From: Lama glama
Taxonomy: Eukaryota
Assembly (NCBI GenBank): GCA_028534125.1
Contig: CM052832.1
Location: 21,330,001 to 21,394,000 of the forward strand
Reading direction: 5' to 3'
DNA: 64,000 bases
Shown here: piece by piece, positions 14,020 through 26,869 of the stretch
Position numbering within the stretch: position 1 is the stretch's first letter
How the letters are laid out: each line of letters opens with the position of its first letter
The notes under the pieces: generated by a model
The model's database searches: none
What the model saw: only the letters and a program-made list of their open reading frames with translations
What the model was told of the DNA's origin: nothing
Translations under genes and position numbers: made by a program

Positions 14020-16300
14020 CCACTTAAATGTGAGACACTGAATACATACATATATATTTTTATCTCCACTCCGTCCTGGAAACCCACTTACATGTCAGTA
14101 AAAGAATACAAAAGTATAATGAACCCACGAGAAAAACAGAACAGCAAAGAGGACATCAAGGATGTCAACAAATATCTGCTACATGAGAATGACTGGAGGA
14201 GTGGGAACAGTTTCAGTAGAACAGAAAAGGCTGGATTCTATGTGCCCATAGAGGCATCCCAGTAAGAAACAAGCTAGCCATTCTTCGGAACTCTGGGAAG
14301 ACTTAGGAACTAGCGGTATGGCCTGCAGAAGGTACAGGGATGATGTCAAGGGTAACTGAAGGTCAACATAAAGCAGCTAGCTCCTTAGGTCCATCCATCA
14401 TCATCACTTCTCATCTCCAGAGACAGGTGACCTATTGTCTCAAAAAGTGAACCAAACAGATCAGGACCAGGGACCCAAGGCACAGAAGACAGAAAAACAG
14501 GGGCTGTTAACAAAAGTCTGATCACAAGACTCTTCTGGCCCTCTTCTACCTACCACCCAGAAGGACACAGCCAGGTTTAAAATCCCCAGGAAGATCTTTG
14601 GAAAATCCTGCGGAGAAATTAAACGATAGGGAAAAGATATGTAGAATTCAGGGGTACACTAGTAAGATTGTTGGCTTACTGACCATCATTCTATAGTGAA
14701 TTCCTCAGTTGGTGAGCCTTACATACCCACACAGAACATTCAGTTGGCATGCGATTCCCTCACAGCCAAGGATCACAAGATTTGAGGGACAACCTCCAAC
14801 ATGAAAGGCAGAGACAAAACAAGCAAACAGAAAACAAGGAAGTCAGAGGGAAGAAAAACAATGCAGGGATCAGAAGAACAGTTCAAATAAAGTAAGATGA
14901 ATTTCCACAGAGAGATTAAAAAACATATTGCATTTATAAAATAGCACCAAGGGTACGTGTAATAAAAAAATGGAACAATCTTAGAACATGAAAGATTCCT
15001 TGGAAATTAAAAATATGAGCCCTGATATTTTTAAATCAATAGAAAGTTTGAGTGATAAAGTAGATGAAATCTTCCAGAAAGTAAAACAAAAAGATAAAGC
15101 AGGCATTTGGGAGAGAATAGATAGGAAAATGTGAGATTAATTCAGAAGGGTCAATAACTGACGAGTAAGAATTCCACAAGAGAAATTAAGGGTGGGGGGG
15201 TTGGAGTGGGGAGAAACAAACTAGTGAAGAAACACTACAGGAAAATTTCATAGAACTGAAGGATATGGATCTTTAGATTAAAAGGACCACTTAATGCCTA
15301 ACACAGCGAGTAAGAAGAGACCCAATCAAGGCATACCATTTTGAAATTTCAGAACTCCAGAGTAAACACAATGTTCACATCAAAATCACGGGGAATCAGA
15401 ATGACTCTGGACTTTTGAACAGAAACATTGAAAGCTAGAAGATAATGGTGCAACGCCTTTAAATTCAGAGTGAGAATTATTTTTAATCTAGAATTCAAAT
15501 TTCAGCTTAACTACCAAATAAATGCAAGGGTAGAATAAACATATTTTCAGGCAGGAAAGCTCTTAGTAAGTTTACCTTACATGCACTCTTTCTCAGGAAG
15601 GGTGTGCCACCAAAATGAGGGAGTACAGCAAGAAAGGAGAACCAGAAAGGAGGGGCTCCAACACAGGAAGGAGGCAAAGAGAATCAACAGGATGATAGAG
15701 AGTGAAGTCCTGGGAGAACAGTGGCATAGTTGCCCAAAAGAAACTAGTCCAGGTTGGAAAAAGGAAGTCAAGAGCTCCAGAAAGGAGGTCTTCATAGACC
15801 CGATAGGCCACATGTTCTATGTTACTATGTGGAAAGTTTGAAGGAGACTGTTGGAAGTTGTGGCAGAACTTGGGGACAGTTATATACAAAGTCAGGCTGA
15901 TGGAAAAAAACAAGGCGATTATTAACTCCAAGAAAAACAAAAAGTTGTATAAGAAAGGAAAGGTAATTATAGTGTAGTGTTAACTCAGTGGAGAACATTA
16001 TTTACACAGTTATAATAATATAAATCCTGAATATTGATTTAACCAAAAAGGGGAACAAGAGGAAGCAGTGTTGTGGGATAGGAGACGTAACTTCTTCCCA
16101 ACTGTAAATAATGATCTAGTAGAACACATATATTACTTAGAAATATGGAAGTAAATACCAGAAGAAACTGCTAAAATTAATTTAAAGTAGTTGCCTGCAG
16201 GGACTGGTGGTAAAGGGGGTGGAGCATGAGAATTACTGTGGGTTTTTTTGTCTCTATTTTCAAAAGCCATTTAGTAATATTTGATTCTTAAAATATATAT
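14020..16300 (+). mobile_element. HAL1-like / old L1 ORF1-region element, decayed
   Basis: Purine-rich ORF1-type sequence: GAAATTTCAGAAC, GAATCAGAATGACTCTGGACTT, GAAAGCTAGAAGATAATGG, TTTTTAATCTAGAATTC. No ORF2 follows. Multiple stop codons. Confidence 0.7.
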
Positions 16301-17902
16301 ATTTATTTGTATAAATTTGAAGTTATTTGTAAGCTGTGATAAGTCTGGTTCTAAGGAGGGTTATGATCAAAAGTAAAGTAGATACACTTCTGCCCTCAAG
16401 GATGATACAATTTAAACACAAAGCTGAGAAAAATCCTACAGACCATTTTCTAATACAGCAAAGCCTGGAAGATTTCAGCACCAATCTGAATGCATTTCCC
16501 CCTTCTCCTCTCCAATCTGTAGAAATCGTTAAAATGTGAAAAAGTTGTATAAGCAGATGCTCCCACATTTTCCCAAGATATTTAAGAGATTACAAAATTA
16601 CAAAACTTCACCACAATCTGAGTGCATTTTTACATGATACCACGTTCTAACCAAAGCAGGGAAACCAACTGATGTTGGGAGAATTTGTAGTCTTTATCTG
16701 AATATAAATTCAGAGAAAGCACCATTGATAGAGGGGTGAAGATTTGAGCCAAATCTTCAGGGATGATGGATGTGGAATTTGATGGACAGAGGGACAGTTC
16801 CACTCCTGATTCACAGAGAACAGCTTGGAAAGGAGGAACGTTGTAGGTCAAATTGAGAGTCAGAATGGCCCTGGGGGTTCTCAGAAACCTGCAAGGTTTG
16901 GGAAAATAAGAGACTCAAAAGAGTCCCAGAGAAGGTAACCTGCTAATTCATTCCCAAACTGTAATTTCTTCATCACAGCAGAAATCCCTGGTAGACTAAA
17001 AGACTTATCTCCTAAAGCAGCATCTCTATGACCAGGCAATGGCCAGCCTGCTCACAACAGTAATAATGTGTTGATGACTTTGATAAGGGAGGATACGTGT
17101 CATTATCACCTCTTCATCACCTTTCGAGCAATGGGCAGGCAGCTGTAGAACACGCAAATCAAGGAGCCTGGGGAGGAAGTGTCCCTTAAAGTGGTCTCTA
17201 TGATTGTTAATTCTGTATTATTCTGCCTCCATTAATTATCTTCTTTTCTTTAAAGGTTACCTGCCATTAGTCAAGAAGCAAAGTACAGGCTTGTGGTTGA
17301 CTTGGTTCCAATTACAAACACGGTGTTTATCTATGGGAAGATCATTTCCTTTGGGCTTACGGCTTCAAATTTAGGTCCCCTGTTGATTTCCCTCCCCAGT
17401 TGCACATTCACAGGGCACAGTTCTACACATTTACTTGGCAAACCAAGAACCAGGAGGCACCTTGTAAGGCTATGATCCCTTAAGAAGAAGGCAAGCTTCA
17501 GTTTGTATTTGCCACAGCGCCTAGCACAATATAGATGGGGTGTGTGGAAACCCCAAAACTTCAGTCCTGAGGTGTCTTGTTCCCCCCAAACTCTGCCCGG
17601 TGGCCGGCCAAGGAATGAGTGAGTGTTGTGCCATAAATCCATACCTTTTCCCTTTCTCTCCACACAAAAGGCAGTCATCAACTTCAGGTTTTCTTTGCAA
17701 GCCGCTCTCCGGAGTTCAAGGTTACCTAAACACAGTTCCCATGATCACTTTGGGATTCCTCTCCTCTTATTACCTAGTCCACGATGGGATCAGCTGTGTA
17801 ACATGCCGGCCCACTCCCTGTTCATCTTTCACTGCTATCAGTTATAATATTTAATGCTCCTGAGACAACTCATTTCTCTACAAGTAGGCAAAATCATTGC
17901 CT

Positions 17903-17987
17903 GAGAGAGAGACAGAGGCAGAGAGACACAGAGAGAGAGAGAAAGAAAGAGACAGGAAGGAAGCAAGGGAGGGAGGGAAAGAAAGAA
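17903..17987. repeat. GA-rich simple repeat
   Basis: GAGAGAGAGACAGAGGCAGAGAGACACAGAGAGAGAGAAAGAAAGAGA... Confidence 0.85.
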
Positions 17988-18365
17988 ACTGGGCTGGAAT
18001 ACATTCAATTGGAAAAAATTACAAATGCTGGTTCCGAAAGTTTGTCTTGCCTTGTGTTTATTTTTATAGATTTTATTCTACTTTCTGTTTCCAGCCTGGA
18101 CTAGGAGCAAAGGAGTTACTGAAGTCCTTTATAGTCATGAACCCCCAATAATCTAAATCTAAGATTATCCCTCAGATCTGAAGTTAGCATAAAACCACAA
18201 ACGATGAGCAGGCAGCTGACATGAAGGCAGACTCCATTATTTGGATGGAACAAAAAGAGATTAGCAAAAGTAAAGTCTGGATTAATAGGCATCCTGATTT
18301 TTCTACAGTCACTCTGCACTGTGTGTCTAATTTCTAAATGTTAAATGGGGCATTTGAATTTTGTT

Positions 18366-18388
18366 AAAATAAAATAAAATAAAATAAA
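18366..18388. repeat. (AAAAT)n microsatellite
   Basis: TAAAATAAAATAAAATAAAATAAA. Confidence 0.85.
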
Positions 18389-18742
18389 CTGCAGGCAAGT
18401 GCAATGCACTGGGCCAGCTGACATCATCTGCTCCTTGCACACAAGCGGACCCAGAGCAGCCACCCAGCCCCCGGGCCTCGGTGCTCTCCAGCTGCCGCTG
18501 TCAGGCACCGCCCTTATCTCACTGTGACCTCAGAACAGATAAAGGTAAGGGGCGAAGGGAGAAGCGCGCGAGAGAAGTCAGACGCTCCTTTCTTTTCCTC
18601 CCCACCTGCAACAGCCTCCTCACCTCACCTCGTGCCCACCCCCAGCTCCACTTTCCAGAAGCCCTCGAAGCTTCTTTTCCTCCATTCTGGCAGCCAGTCC
18701 TCAGTGGTACCCTGAAGCTGGGGTTTTACTAGAACAGAAGAG

Positions 18743-19060
18743 CACAGGTGCCCGTGGGTATCCGTGAATTCTGCATCCCAGGACTCACCCATCCTTGGAT
18801 GGAAAATATTCAACATAATAAGTTCCAGAAAGTTCAAAAAAAGCAAAACTTGAGTTTGCCGTGTGCTGAAAGTGATTTGCATTGTATTTACAACTGTTTA
18901 CATTGTATTTGGCTTTATAAATAATCTAGAGATATTTAAAGTCTAAGAGAAGATGTAAGCTATGCACAAATGCTACATACACCATTTTACATAAGGGACT
19001 GGTGCACCTTTGGATTTTGGTATCAATCCAATCCACTGTGGATCCCGAGGAACACATGTA
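18743..19060. mobile_element. MER2-family TcMar-Tigger DNA element
   Basis: GTATCCGTGAATTCTGCATCC, AAAAAGCAAAACTTGAGTTTGCC, ATAATCTAGAGAT, CCATTTTACATAAGGGACT..GGATTTTGGTATC. Confidence 0.85.
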
Positions 19061-19149
19061 ATTTTGACTCTAAATGATGGTGTTGGGGAATAACTTGCTG
19101 TTAGCTTTTATTATCTAATGAATCTATCTCCTTTCCTGGTTGAAATCAA

Positions 19150-19540
19150 AGACAGAAGTGGGGCGGGGGAAGGCAGGAGCCCCAAACTTCTGTGTGTTTG
19201 CTGTAAAGATGGCAAAACAAGAAAACTCTGAGATCAAGGAAGAAAGGAACTCTGGTTTCTAAAAGCCATGCAAGAGAAAACTGGACGTGTGATAGCAGAC
19301 CAGTGGGGCGGAGGAGAAAGGGCGCTGCCTAGGAGCTGAAAAGGGCCCCAGGAGTGTGTGCGTGAGTTGGCGGCAAGGGGCGAGCGAGGGCGAGGGGGCT
19401 GGGGCTTACGACAGACGGCGCCCAACAGCTCTCTGCTTAATCCCCACTTCACCCCTCGCACACGTCCACACGGGATGCTCTGTGCCCTTGGCTTGGCCCA
19501 CCCGCTGGAAACTACGAAGAGCAGGTGTCTCGAATTTTCT
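19150..19540. promoter_or_regulatory. Small CpG/GC-enriched element with GC boxes (candidate promoter or enhancer)
   Basis: GGGGCGG near 19160 and 19306. Many CpGs at 19300-19530 against a CpG-poor background. Not a recognised repeat. Confidence 0.4.
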
Positions 19541-19599
19541 ATGACAGCTTCTATTTTAAATGTCAGGTCTACTGGCCCTGTGGACAGTAGCAACAACAG

Positions 19600-19810
19600 C
19601 TAGAGTGCTGGGCGCTGGCACTAGAGAGCCCAGTCTTGAATCCCGGCTCTGCCATGTCATGTACTCACTGAGTGACTTTCCACAACCTTCTAAATCTCAG
19701 TTTCTCATTAATAAATCGGCCGGAATAGTACATTGGGCTGTAGTGAGACTTCAAAGTGATAATATGATAAATAGCTTAAAATAGCATGTATCTCTGCTAA
19801 TGTCTACTAG
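19600..19810 (+). mobile_element. MIR SINE
   Basis: TTGAATCCCGGCTCTGCCA..AACCTTCTAAATCTCAGTTTCTCAT..GGGCTGTAGTGAGA. Confidence 0.8.
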
Positions 19811-20846
19811 TGTCTAACCTGTATCTAGTAGTAACAGTAAGCCCTCACTAACACTAAACTTAGTTTACTCATACTTGTCGTTACTACACAAGTAGATACT
19901 TTACACTCATTCTTTCTAATCCTTACAACAAGCCAGGAGGGGATAAAATGTCTTAGAAATTGCAGAAATTGGTGACAAAGCAGTATCTCCTAGATTGCCT
20001 CTCCTAGGAAGAAAACGGTGCAAAAATCCCTGGTCACATTATCCCCAATTTTTTTAATAAGAAAATGTGGCTCTGGTACACAGAGCTCTCCTACTCTTCT
20101 GCCACGTTCTCCCGGCTCCTTGAAACTTTGGTCCCAGGCTGCCATGAAAGAGGCTTGTGGCTACTTAGTCCAATGTCTTTTAAATGGGGGGAGGGGGGAG
20201 GATAAGGAGAGCATGTCCCCTTCCCTAGGTAATGGGAGGGTGGGGGAAGGGCTCCATGGTCCCAAAGTGCAAAGTTGGAGCTCTATTGTTTTCTGAAAAA
20301 AATCCATTTACATACGGCTAAATTCTATAGTATTAATATCCTGTGCTGAACTTCAGGTACCTAGTGGCTATGATAGACTTTTCAGTGCTGGCCCAAGGAC
20401 ACACTACACAGAACTGTGTCTGAATTAGAAAAAGGTGTTCTAGAGTTTCAAAGAATATTCCTAGCAGTGGGCTGTTGGGACACCACTGGTACATAAGTTG
20501 CATACTTCCTGTATGAGTTTAAGTCAGCCTCAGCCACTGTCCTGCTAGCAATCTGAGGAGGTCTTCACAGCTCAATCAACGTGAGCTAAGCCTTGGTGAC
20601 GACCTGCTCTGACCTGATAGGCCTGCAGAGCTGAGACCCTCGGGGAGGCGGGTGTGCTCTCGGCAATTTTAAACCTTCTTCTAAGCACAATTCTGTTCAC
20701 ACTGCATTGTGTTCATTATTTTGTCTTTCCCCAGAGCCTTGCCAGGTCTACCTCCTAGTAGGTGCCCAAGGGTCTCTGTTGAATGAAGAAATTAATACAA
20801 GTTAAAGGTGGAGAGATTTCAACTCAGCATCAATGTGGAAGCAATG

Positions 20847-20921
20847 GAAGGAGGGAGGGAGGAAGGAAAAAAAGAAAGAAAGGGAAGACTGGAGGACAGA
20901 AGGGAGGGAAGGAGGGAGGGA
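20847..20921. repeat. (GGAA/GGGA)n purine-rich repeat at an L2 tail
   Basis: GGAAGGAGGGAGGGAGGAAGGAAAAAAAGAAAGAAAGGG... Confidence 0.75.
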
Positions 20922-23900
20922 CAAAGGACTACGGAAGTAGGTATTGCTCTAATACAGCAGAGTTTATTTGCCTATCTATTAGCTGGATGTCAAAGTCCCA
21001 ACTCTAAGATGCTGTGAATTACTGAACATCTGTTATGGACTTAGCACTCTGATAGTTACTAGAGGAAGTGGAAGGTGAGGAGTTCAGCAAATAGACATGA
21101 ATCACAAAAGTTATCCGAAGGAGCTAACAATTTAATTGGAGGAACTAAAATTCACACATGAAATAATCAAAGGACGATACATCCCAGTAGATAACTAGGT
21201 TCTACATTACTTGTTACAGATGAAAGGTCAGAAGGGAGGAGCTGTAGTGCGAGCTGGAGGAATCAGGGAGGACTTCTATGAGATCGGAGGCCTGGGCTGC
21301 CCCCCTGGAAGGATAACAGGGAAGAACAGCAATCTCTATAAAGACAGAAGCAGAGATGAGCGTGTTTCACGGATCCCTGGGACCAGCTTGGCTAGGGAGG
21401 AGCTGGCAGGGCAGGGCCAAATTACTGGTGGCCTTGGAAGTCAGCCTAAGGCAGCATTTTACACAGGATGTGGTAGCAAACAGAAGCAGCCCGGAGGAGG
21501 TTTCCGGCAGGACTCACTTCCCAGTCTTTCTTTCTCTTCCCAAAGGATGAGGGTGGCTCGCACTGGCTAGACTCACCCTACGGGTAAGGGATTTCCGAGG
21601 ACGTGGCAGATGAAAGCAGTGGTGGCAGCACCAGGCGTCTCATTCTGCTTCCCAGATGGTGATAAATCTAGGCCAGGAAGTGTCACTATTTTCCCGAATT
21701 CTGTGACTTCACAGAAGCTGCAGGAAATGGGGTGGAGATGGGGATAAAGAGCTTTTCTCTGCTGCCTCAGAGGGTGGTATTCTACAAGAGGCATATGGTG
21801 CTGGCTTCGGTCTGAGATGGTTTCCACGTGTGTGCCTCCTCTCATGAGCCATAAGACCAATCCGAGAAGTACCCTCTTGGCAAAGCAGCCCCGTGCTGGG
21901 TGACACTACCTTCCATTTTTCTAGATCATCAAGATTTTACACAGACAGGTAAGTAGGTGTTTTTCCTTTGTCTCTGGAGACAGATCCTAAATGCACTTAC
22001 TTGATGGAGTCTATGATAGTGGCTATCCATGAAAATAAATTCACCACAAAATTTGAGCTATCTTTTAAACACCCTGTTATCTCAGAATAATAACTGTTTG
22101 GAGCCATTGCGATATTCATAAAGCATCAGAGCTTTAACAAAATGAAAACATGCCACAAAAGAAATACCCTTCAAATTTTATGCAAATTTATCAATTTGAA
22201 TAAAATAAACATTAATTAGGTTTACATATGCAGATTAATTCTAACTAGCCTTGTTTTCGTACTTAGTTATTAACCACAGTTTTCTTCTGTCTCATTGAAA
22301 TTAGCCCTATCATTTAGAAAATATCAATAGAAGAATGTTTTAGATGCTTTAAATTTTAATGCATTAAATATGAAATATTACCTAAATAAGAAAAAAAGAC
22401 ATATATTTAAAATATTACTATCAATGAGAAATAATTTTCTGGAACTAATTTTGTGTTAATTTGGGAGTTCACCTGTGATCAGAGAAACCGTATTTGTGCC
22501 TTCCTCTCTTATATCTGTGGTCCTACGTCTTTGTATCTCCATCAGACTGGCTCTTAAGGTGAATTCTTACGAGAACAATAAAAAGAATCTTCTACCAATG
22601 AATAAGGCAGCAAGAAAATGTTTGGGAGGAAATACTGAGAAGCAAGTCTGATCTTTTGTTTTACATACCTGTGAATAATCATAACAATTTAAATCACCTT
22701 CTGCAGCCTTTCAAATGTATTTGAAAATACATTTCAAATCACATTTTCAAAAAACATAAAGTAAGGGTCATTGCTTACAAAATCCATCTGGCAGGTAGGA
22801 AAACTGATTGCAAGAATAAATGACCTATTTAAAGACAGACTGTCAGTAACAAAATCAAACCTAGCTGCCTTCCACTTTTAGCTCAAAGTACTTCTCATTA
22901 ACCCTCATTTATATCCAGAATGTTACACCCACTTCTGGACAAGACGTTATTTAGCCCAGAGAAGGGCTCACAAGAGAAAAACAAAGGATCTTAGGATACA
23001 GCTCCCTACCGCATAACCCTCTTTTAGTTCACACAGGAAATTAATCCACTGGTTCCTAAACATGGTTGATCATCAAAATCATCCACGAAGTTTAAAAACA
23101 TGCAAAGATCAGGACCTCCCATGGAGCTAACGAAATATCATCTCTACAGGTGGAGTTCTTTATGACAATTTTTTTCGAGAAGAATAACATTATGTTACTA
23201 CTTAACTGCCTGACACACTTCCATATTGCTTTTTATTTCCTGTTTGGAAATGGCCTGATTCTCATAATCCTCTTTGTCTATTTTTTTTTCATTTCCATTA
23301 TCTCTATTTTTTCTCCCTTTAGTCTTTTTAAGCATCCCCCCCGCCGCCCCCCCTCCCCCGCCTTGGAAAGGACCTTGATGATCTTGAAGATTTGGAAAGG
23401 AGATGGTGTTAGAAAATTTTAAGAACACTCTGTTTTAGAACAGAAGGATGAAAGGGAAGCCATTTGTTTGGGGGTGTCTTACTCATCACTTCAGCAGCAT
23501 TTCTGGAGATGGCTCTCGGGCACGAAGATTCACGGATGGAGCAACACAAAGGAAAATAACGTACAGAGAAGAGGAGATCACTCTTACCAAGGAAGAAACA
23601 GACCCAGTGCCACTAGCTCAAATTCAAGTGTTACTCTGTGACCTGTTTCAGTTCTCTAAATGGTAGTCTTAAATGAAAAAAAAAAAGGCTCTTTACGGGA
23701 AGAACAACTATCACTGAGGTTTCTTATACCCTCTTTGTTGTACACTGTTCTACTGACCAGTGTTAGAGTAGGATTCATCCAAAAATGTAATACAATGAAA
23801 CCAAACAACAAAATGACAAATTTGCTATCCCCCAGAATGCTTGGTAGAGAATTTTAATTAATCCAACATTGTGATAATTAGTAATAAGGATGTTTATACC

Positions 23901-23924
23901 ATTTCATATAATGTATTCTGAACA

Positions 23925-24078
23925 TAATTTTAAAATTTATTTCTTATTGAGGTAACACTGATTTATAACATGATGTAAGTTTCATGTGCACATTATACTT
24001 CTACTTTCCTGTACACTACAGTGTGCCCACTGACCCCAATTCAGTTTCCATCCATCTCCATTCGGCTGATCCCTCACT
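23925..24078 (-). mobile_element. L1 3'-terminal fragment
   Basis: T-rich tail followed by ATTGAGGTAACACTGATTTATAACATGATGTAAGTTTCATGTGCACA. Confidence 0.7.
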
Positions 24079-24454
24079 GGGCAATTCTTTAGGTGAAAAT
24101 GTACCCACACAAAATTGGCATAAAGTGACTAAGCAGAAGCATCTGTGTTCCATCAGCCCTTTCCACCAGCACAGCAAGCAGGGGGCCACAGGTGACAGAG
24201 AGAAGGCATCTCGCCCAGGTACGTGTGTGTCATCATACTCATTCAACAGTGGGCACTGCTTTTGTGGCAGGCACTGTACTAGGCAATGGATTTCCAGCAG
24301 TGAGCCTGAAAAGTTATGGTCCCTGCCTTTCTAGAACCTACATTCTAGCTACGGAGTCAGAGGACCATGGCATTCAAACCGTCAACCAGCCAAATGGGCA
24401 GCGTTTTGTAGGAGGAAGTGGGGAAAAAAGCAAAGCCACTGACTTAGGCTTAGC

Positions 24455-24807
24455 CACTGACTCTGCTCAGGCTGCTAGCACAGAACACCACACGCTGGGT
24501 GGCTCAACCCACGTTTACTTCTCACAGCTCTGGAGGCTGAAGTCCAAGATTAAAGCGTTGGCAAAACTAGTGTCTGGTGGGGCCCTCTTCCCGGCTTGCA
24601 AAGAGCAGGCTTCCTGCTGTGTCCTCAAGTGCCCCGCGAGAAAGCGCTAGTCTCTTCTTAAAAGGACACTAATTCCAGCCTGGAAGGCTCTACCCTCATG
24701 GCCTCAGCTAAACACAGTTCCCTCCCGAACTCGTCCTTCTCACACCATCCATCAGAGTCAGGTTTCAACACCTAAATTTTGCAGGGACAAACACGAAGTC
24801 CTTAACA
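24455..24807 (-). mobile_element. MLT1A/B-like MaLR solo LTR
   Basis: TTTACTTCTCACAGCTCTGGAGGCTGAAGTCCAAGAT, TCTTCTTAAAAGGACACTAAT, GTTTCAACACCTAAATTTTG. Confidence 0.88.
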
Positions 24808-24817
24808 GCCAACTGGG

Positions 24818-25160
24818 CCTGTGCTCTCCAGCAAGACAGCCACCAGCCACGTGTAGCCACTGAGCCCTCAAAAGGAGGCTCATCCAAATGGAGATGTGCT
24901 GTAGGTGTAAAATGTACACCAGATTTTGAAGATTTAGTAAGAAAAAAAAAACAACTATGGAAAACACCTCATGAATAATTTCTTAATACTGTTACATCTT
25001 AAAATGATAGTATTTTGGACATATCAGGTTAAATTTTAAAAAATTACAATTTATTTTGCTAGTTTCTTTTACATTTTCTCTAATGTAGCTATTAGAGAAC
25101 TTCAAGTTACGTCTGAGGCTCACCCTCACATCCTGCATTATATTTCTGTAGGACAGTTGT
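24818..25160. mobile_element. MER33-like hAT-Charlie DNA element
   Basis: AGCCACGTGTAGCCACTGAGC, GAGATGTGCTGTAGGTGTAAAATGTACACCAGATTTTGAAGATTTAGT, GCATTATATTTCTGTAGGACAG. Confidence 0.85.
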
Positions 25161-25191
25161 GGGGGGTGGGGGAGGGGGGGTAAGTCCCAGC

Positions 25192-25420
25192 CTGGTGCTT
25201 CTCAACTGGGGGCAATTTTGGCCCCCAAGGGACATCTGGCAATGTCTGGAGACATCTTTTATTTGTCACAACTGGAGAGAGTAGATGCCACTGACATCTA
25301 GTTGGTAGAGGCCCCCTGGGAAGCTGCTAAATATTTAACAATGCACCGGACAGTCTTCCCCCCCAATGACAGAGAATTACCCACCCAAAATGTCAATAGT
25401 GCCAAGGTTGAGAAACTCTG
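25192..25420. mobile_element. MER20 DNA transposon (second copy)
   Basis: CTTCTCAACTGGGGGCAATTTTG..GGCAATGTCTGGAGACAT..AAATGTCAATAGTGCCAAGGTTGAGAAACTCTG. Confidence 0.92.
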
Positions 25421-26869
25421 ATCTAGAGAAATCAATTCATAAAGTATAAGGAAAGCTTAAAGTGAACCAGTGACAAATGTACAATCTGTGTCTGTATAAT
25501 GGACTTTATGTGACATAGTAATCCATAACTAATAGATTTCCATTTGCAATATAAAAGGCCCGAGGCCAGAAGCGCCCCATTGCTGTGGCACTGGGGCAAG
25601 GGAGCAGCCCACTCCTTCAGACCCTGGTTGTCACATGTCACCACCATGCTCATGAGGAAAAGCCCTAAATACATGGCTTGAAGTTTAAAGCACATACTTA
25701 ACGGGCATGAATATCCACAACCAATATTCGCAACAGATCTCCTTAGGTCCCATGTCAAACAACTTACCGCTTATGATTCAGACCAGTTGGGACCTTCCAG
25801 AGTAAGGATTTTAGAGCGCAAGATGAGCAAAGTATGGTAAATGGTTCATCTCAGCAAAATTTACTTCGGCCTGAACATGCCACGTGTTTCAGAAAAGTCA
25901 AGAAATTGGCTGAAATCAATCTTAACTCTGAAACATTCTCGAAATTGCTTTTCTTTTGAAGGTGTGCCTGATTTCAACTGATTTACTTGCCATCTGTTTT
26001 GTTTTGTTTTTTTCCCCTTAGTCCCAGGCAATAGAGAGGTCTAATTATTCCAGCTTTCTGATTGTTTGGACTTCAGCAAGGAAGTGTAACTGAACTTGGA
26101 TGGGATGCACGGCATATCTGAAGTTTTAGGATCAAAGGGTTTGGGGACTTTGGCTAAATATTTGGAACCCCTACTTCTCTATTTCCATCCTGATGCAAGA
26201 GAGAAGCCCAGTGCTTATCACTGAAGCTCTTCACAAATCAGCAGGAAAATCAGTCTCCTCCCTTCGACCCCAGAGATGGAAACCCAGCTCCTCTCCTGCA
26301 CTCCATGTGTCTCCTCTGAAAGCTGGACTTCTCTGACCCTCCAGATCCACAGGCCCTGCCCTCCTTAACCTCTCCTTCTCAAAACGCAAACATTGCTTTG
26401 AGATCTTACTTAAATAAAGTTTCCTCACCCACACATCAGCATTTTCCTTTCCAGGCTGCCTCAGATTATTTCTTAAACAGGCAGAAAGTGGCATGCCCCT
26501 ATATTCACAGTCTTCAAAATTTAAGCAAAAATCAGGCTCTACTTGAAAGCAAAAACACATTGGTTAGTGATCTGGTGAAAGAAAATTATCTTGTTATAGA
26601 AACCACTTGAGGAAGACCAGGACTGGTCTGCAAATACGGTGCTGTATCATTAAGCCGCAGGAAGAAGAAAGGGAAACCACGTTACTTTACTTAACTTTCA
26701 TCCCTCATGTAAGCTCCCAGGCGCTCCCCCTTAGCCAGATTCATCATCTGCCTCTAATGCATCATAATTTTCTGGAGTAAGACAGTCAACGATAAAAATA
26801 CACATAACGAATTTATATTCTAGGTGACGTCTGACTAGGTTGAACAGCAGGGAGAAAAGCACACTGAGT

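Noticed and set aside
22713..22734. 10-bp AT-rich inverted repeat
   Set aside because: Short and AT-rich, so plausible by chance in 64 kb.
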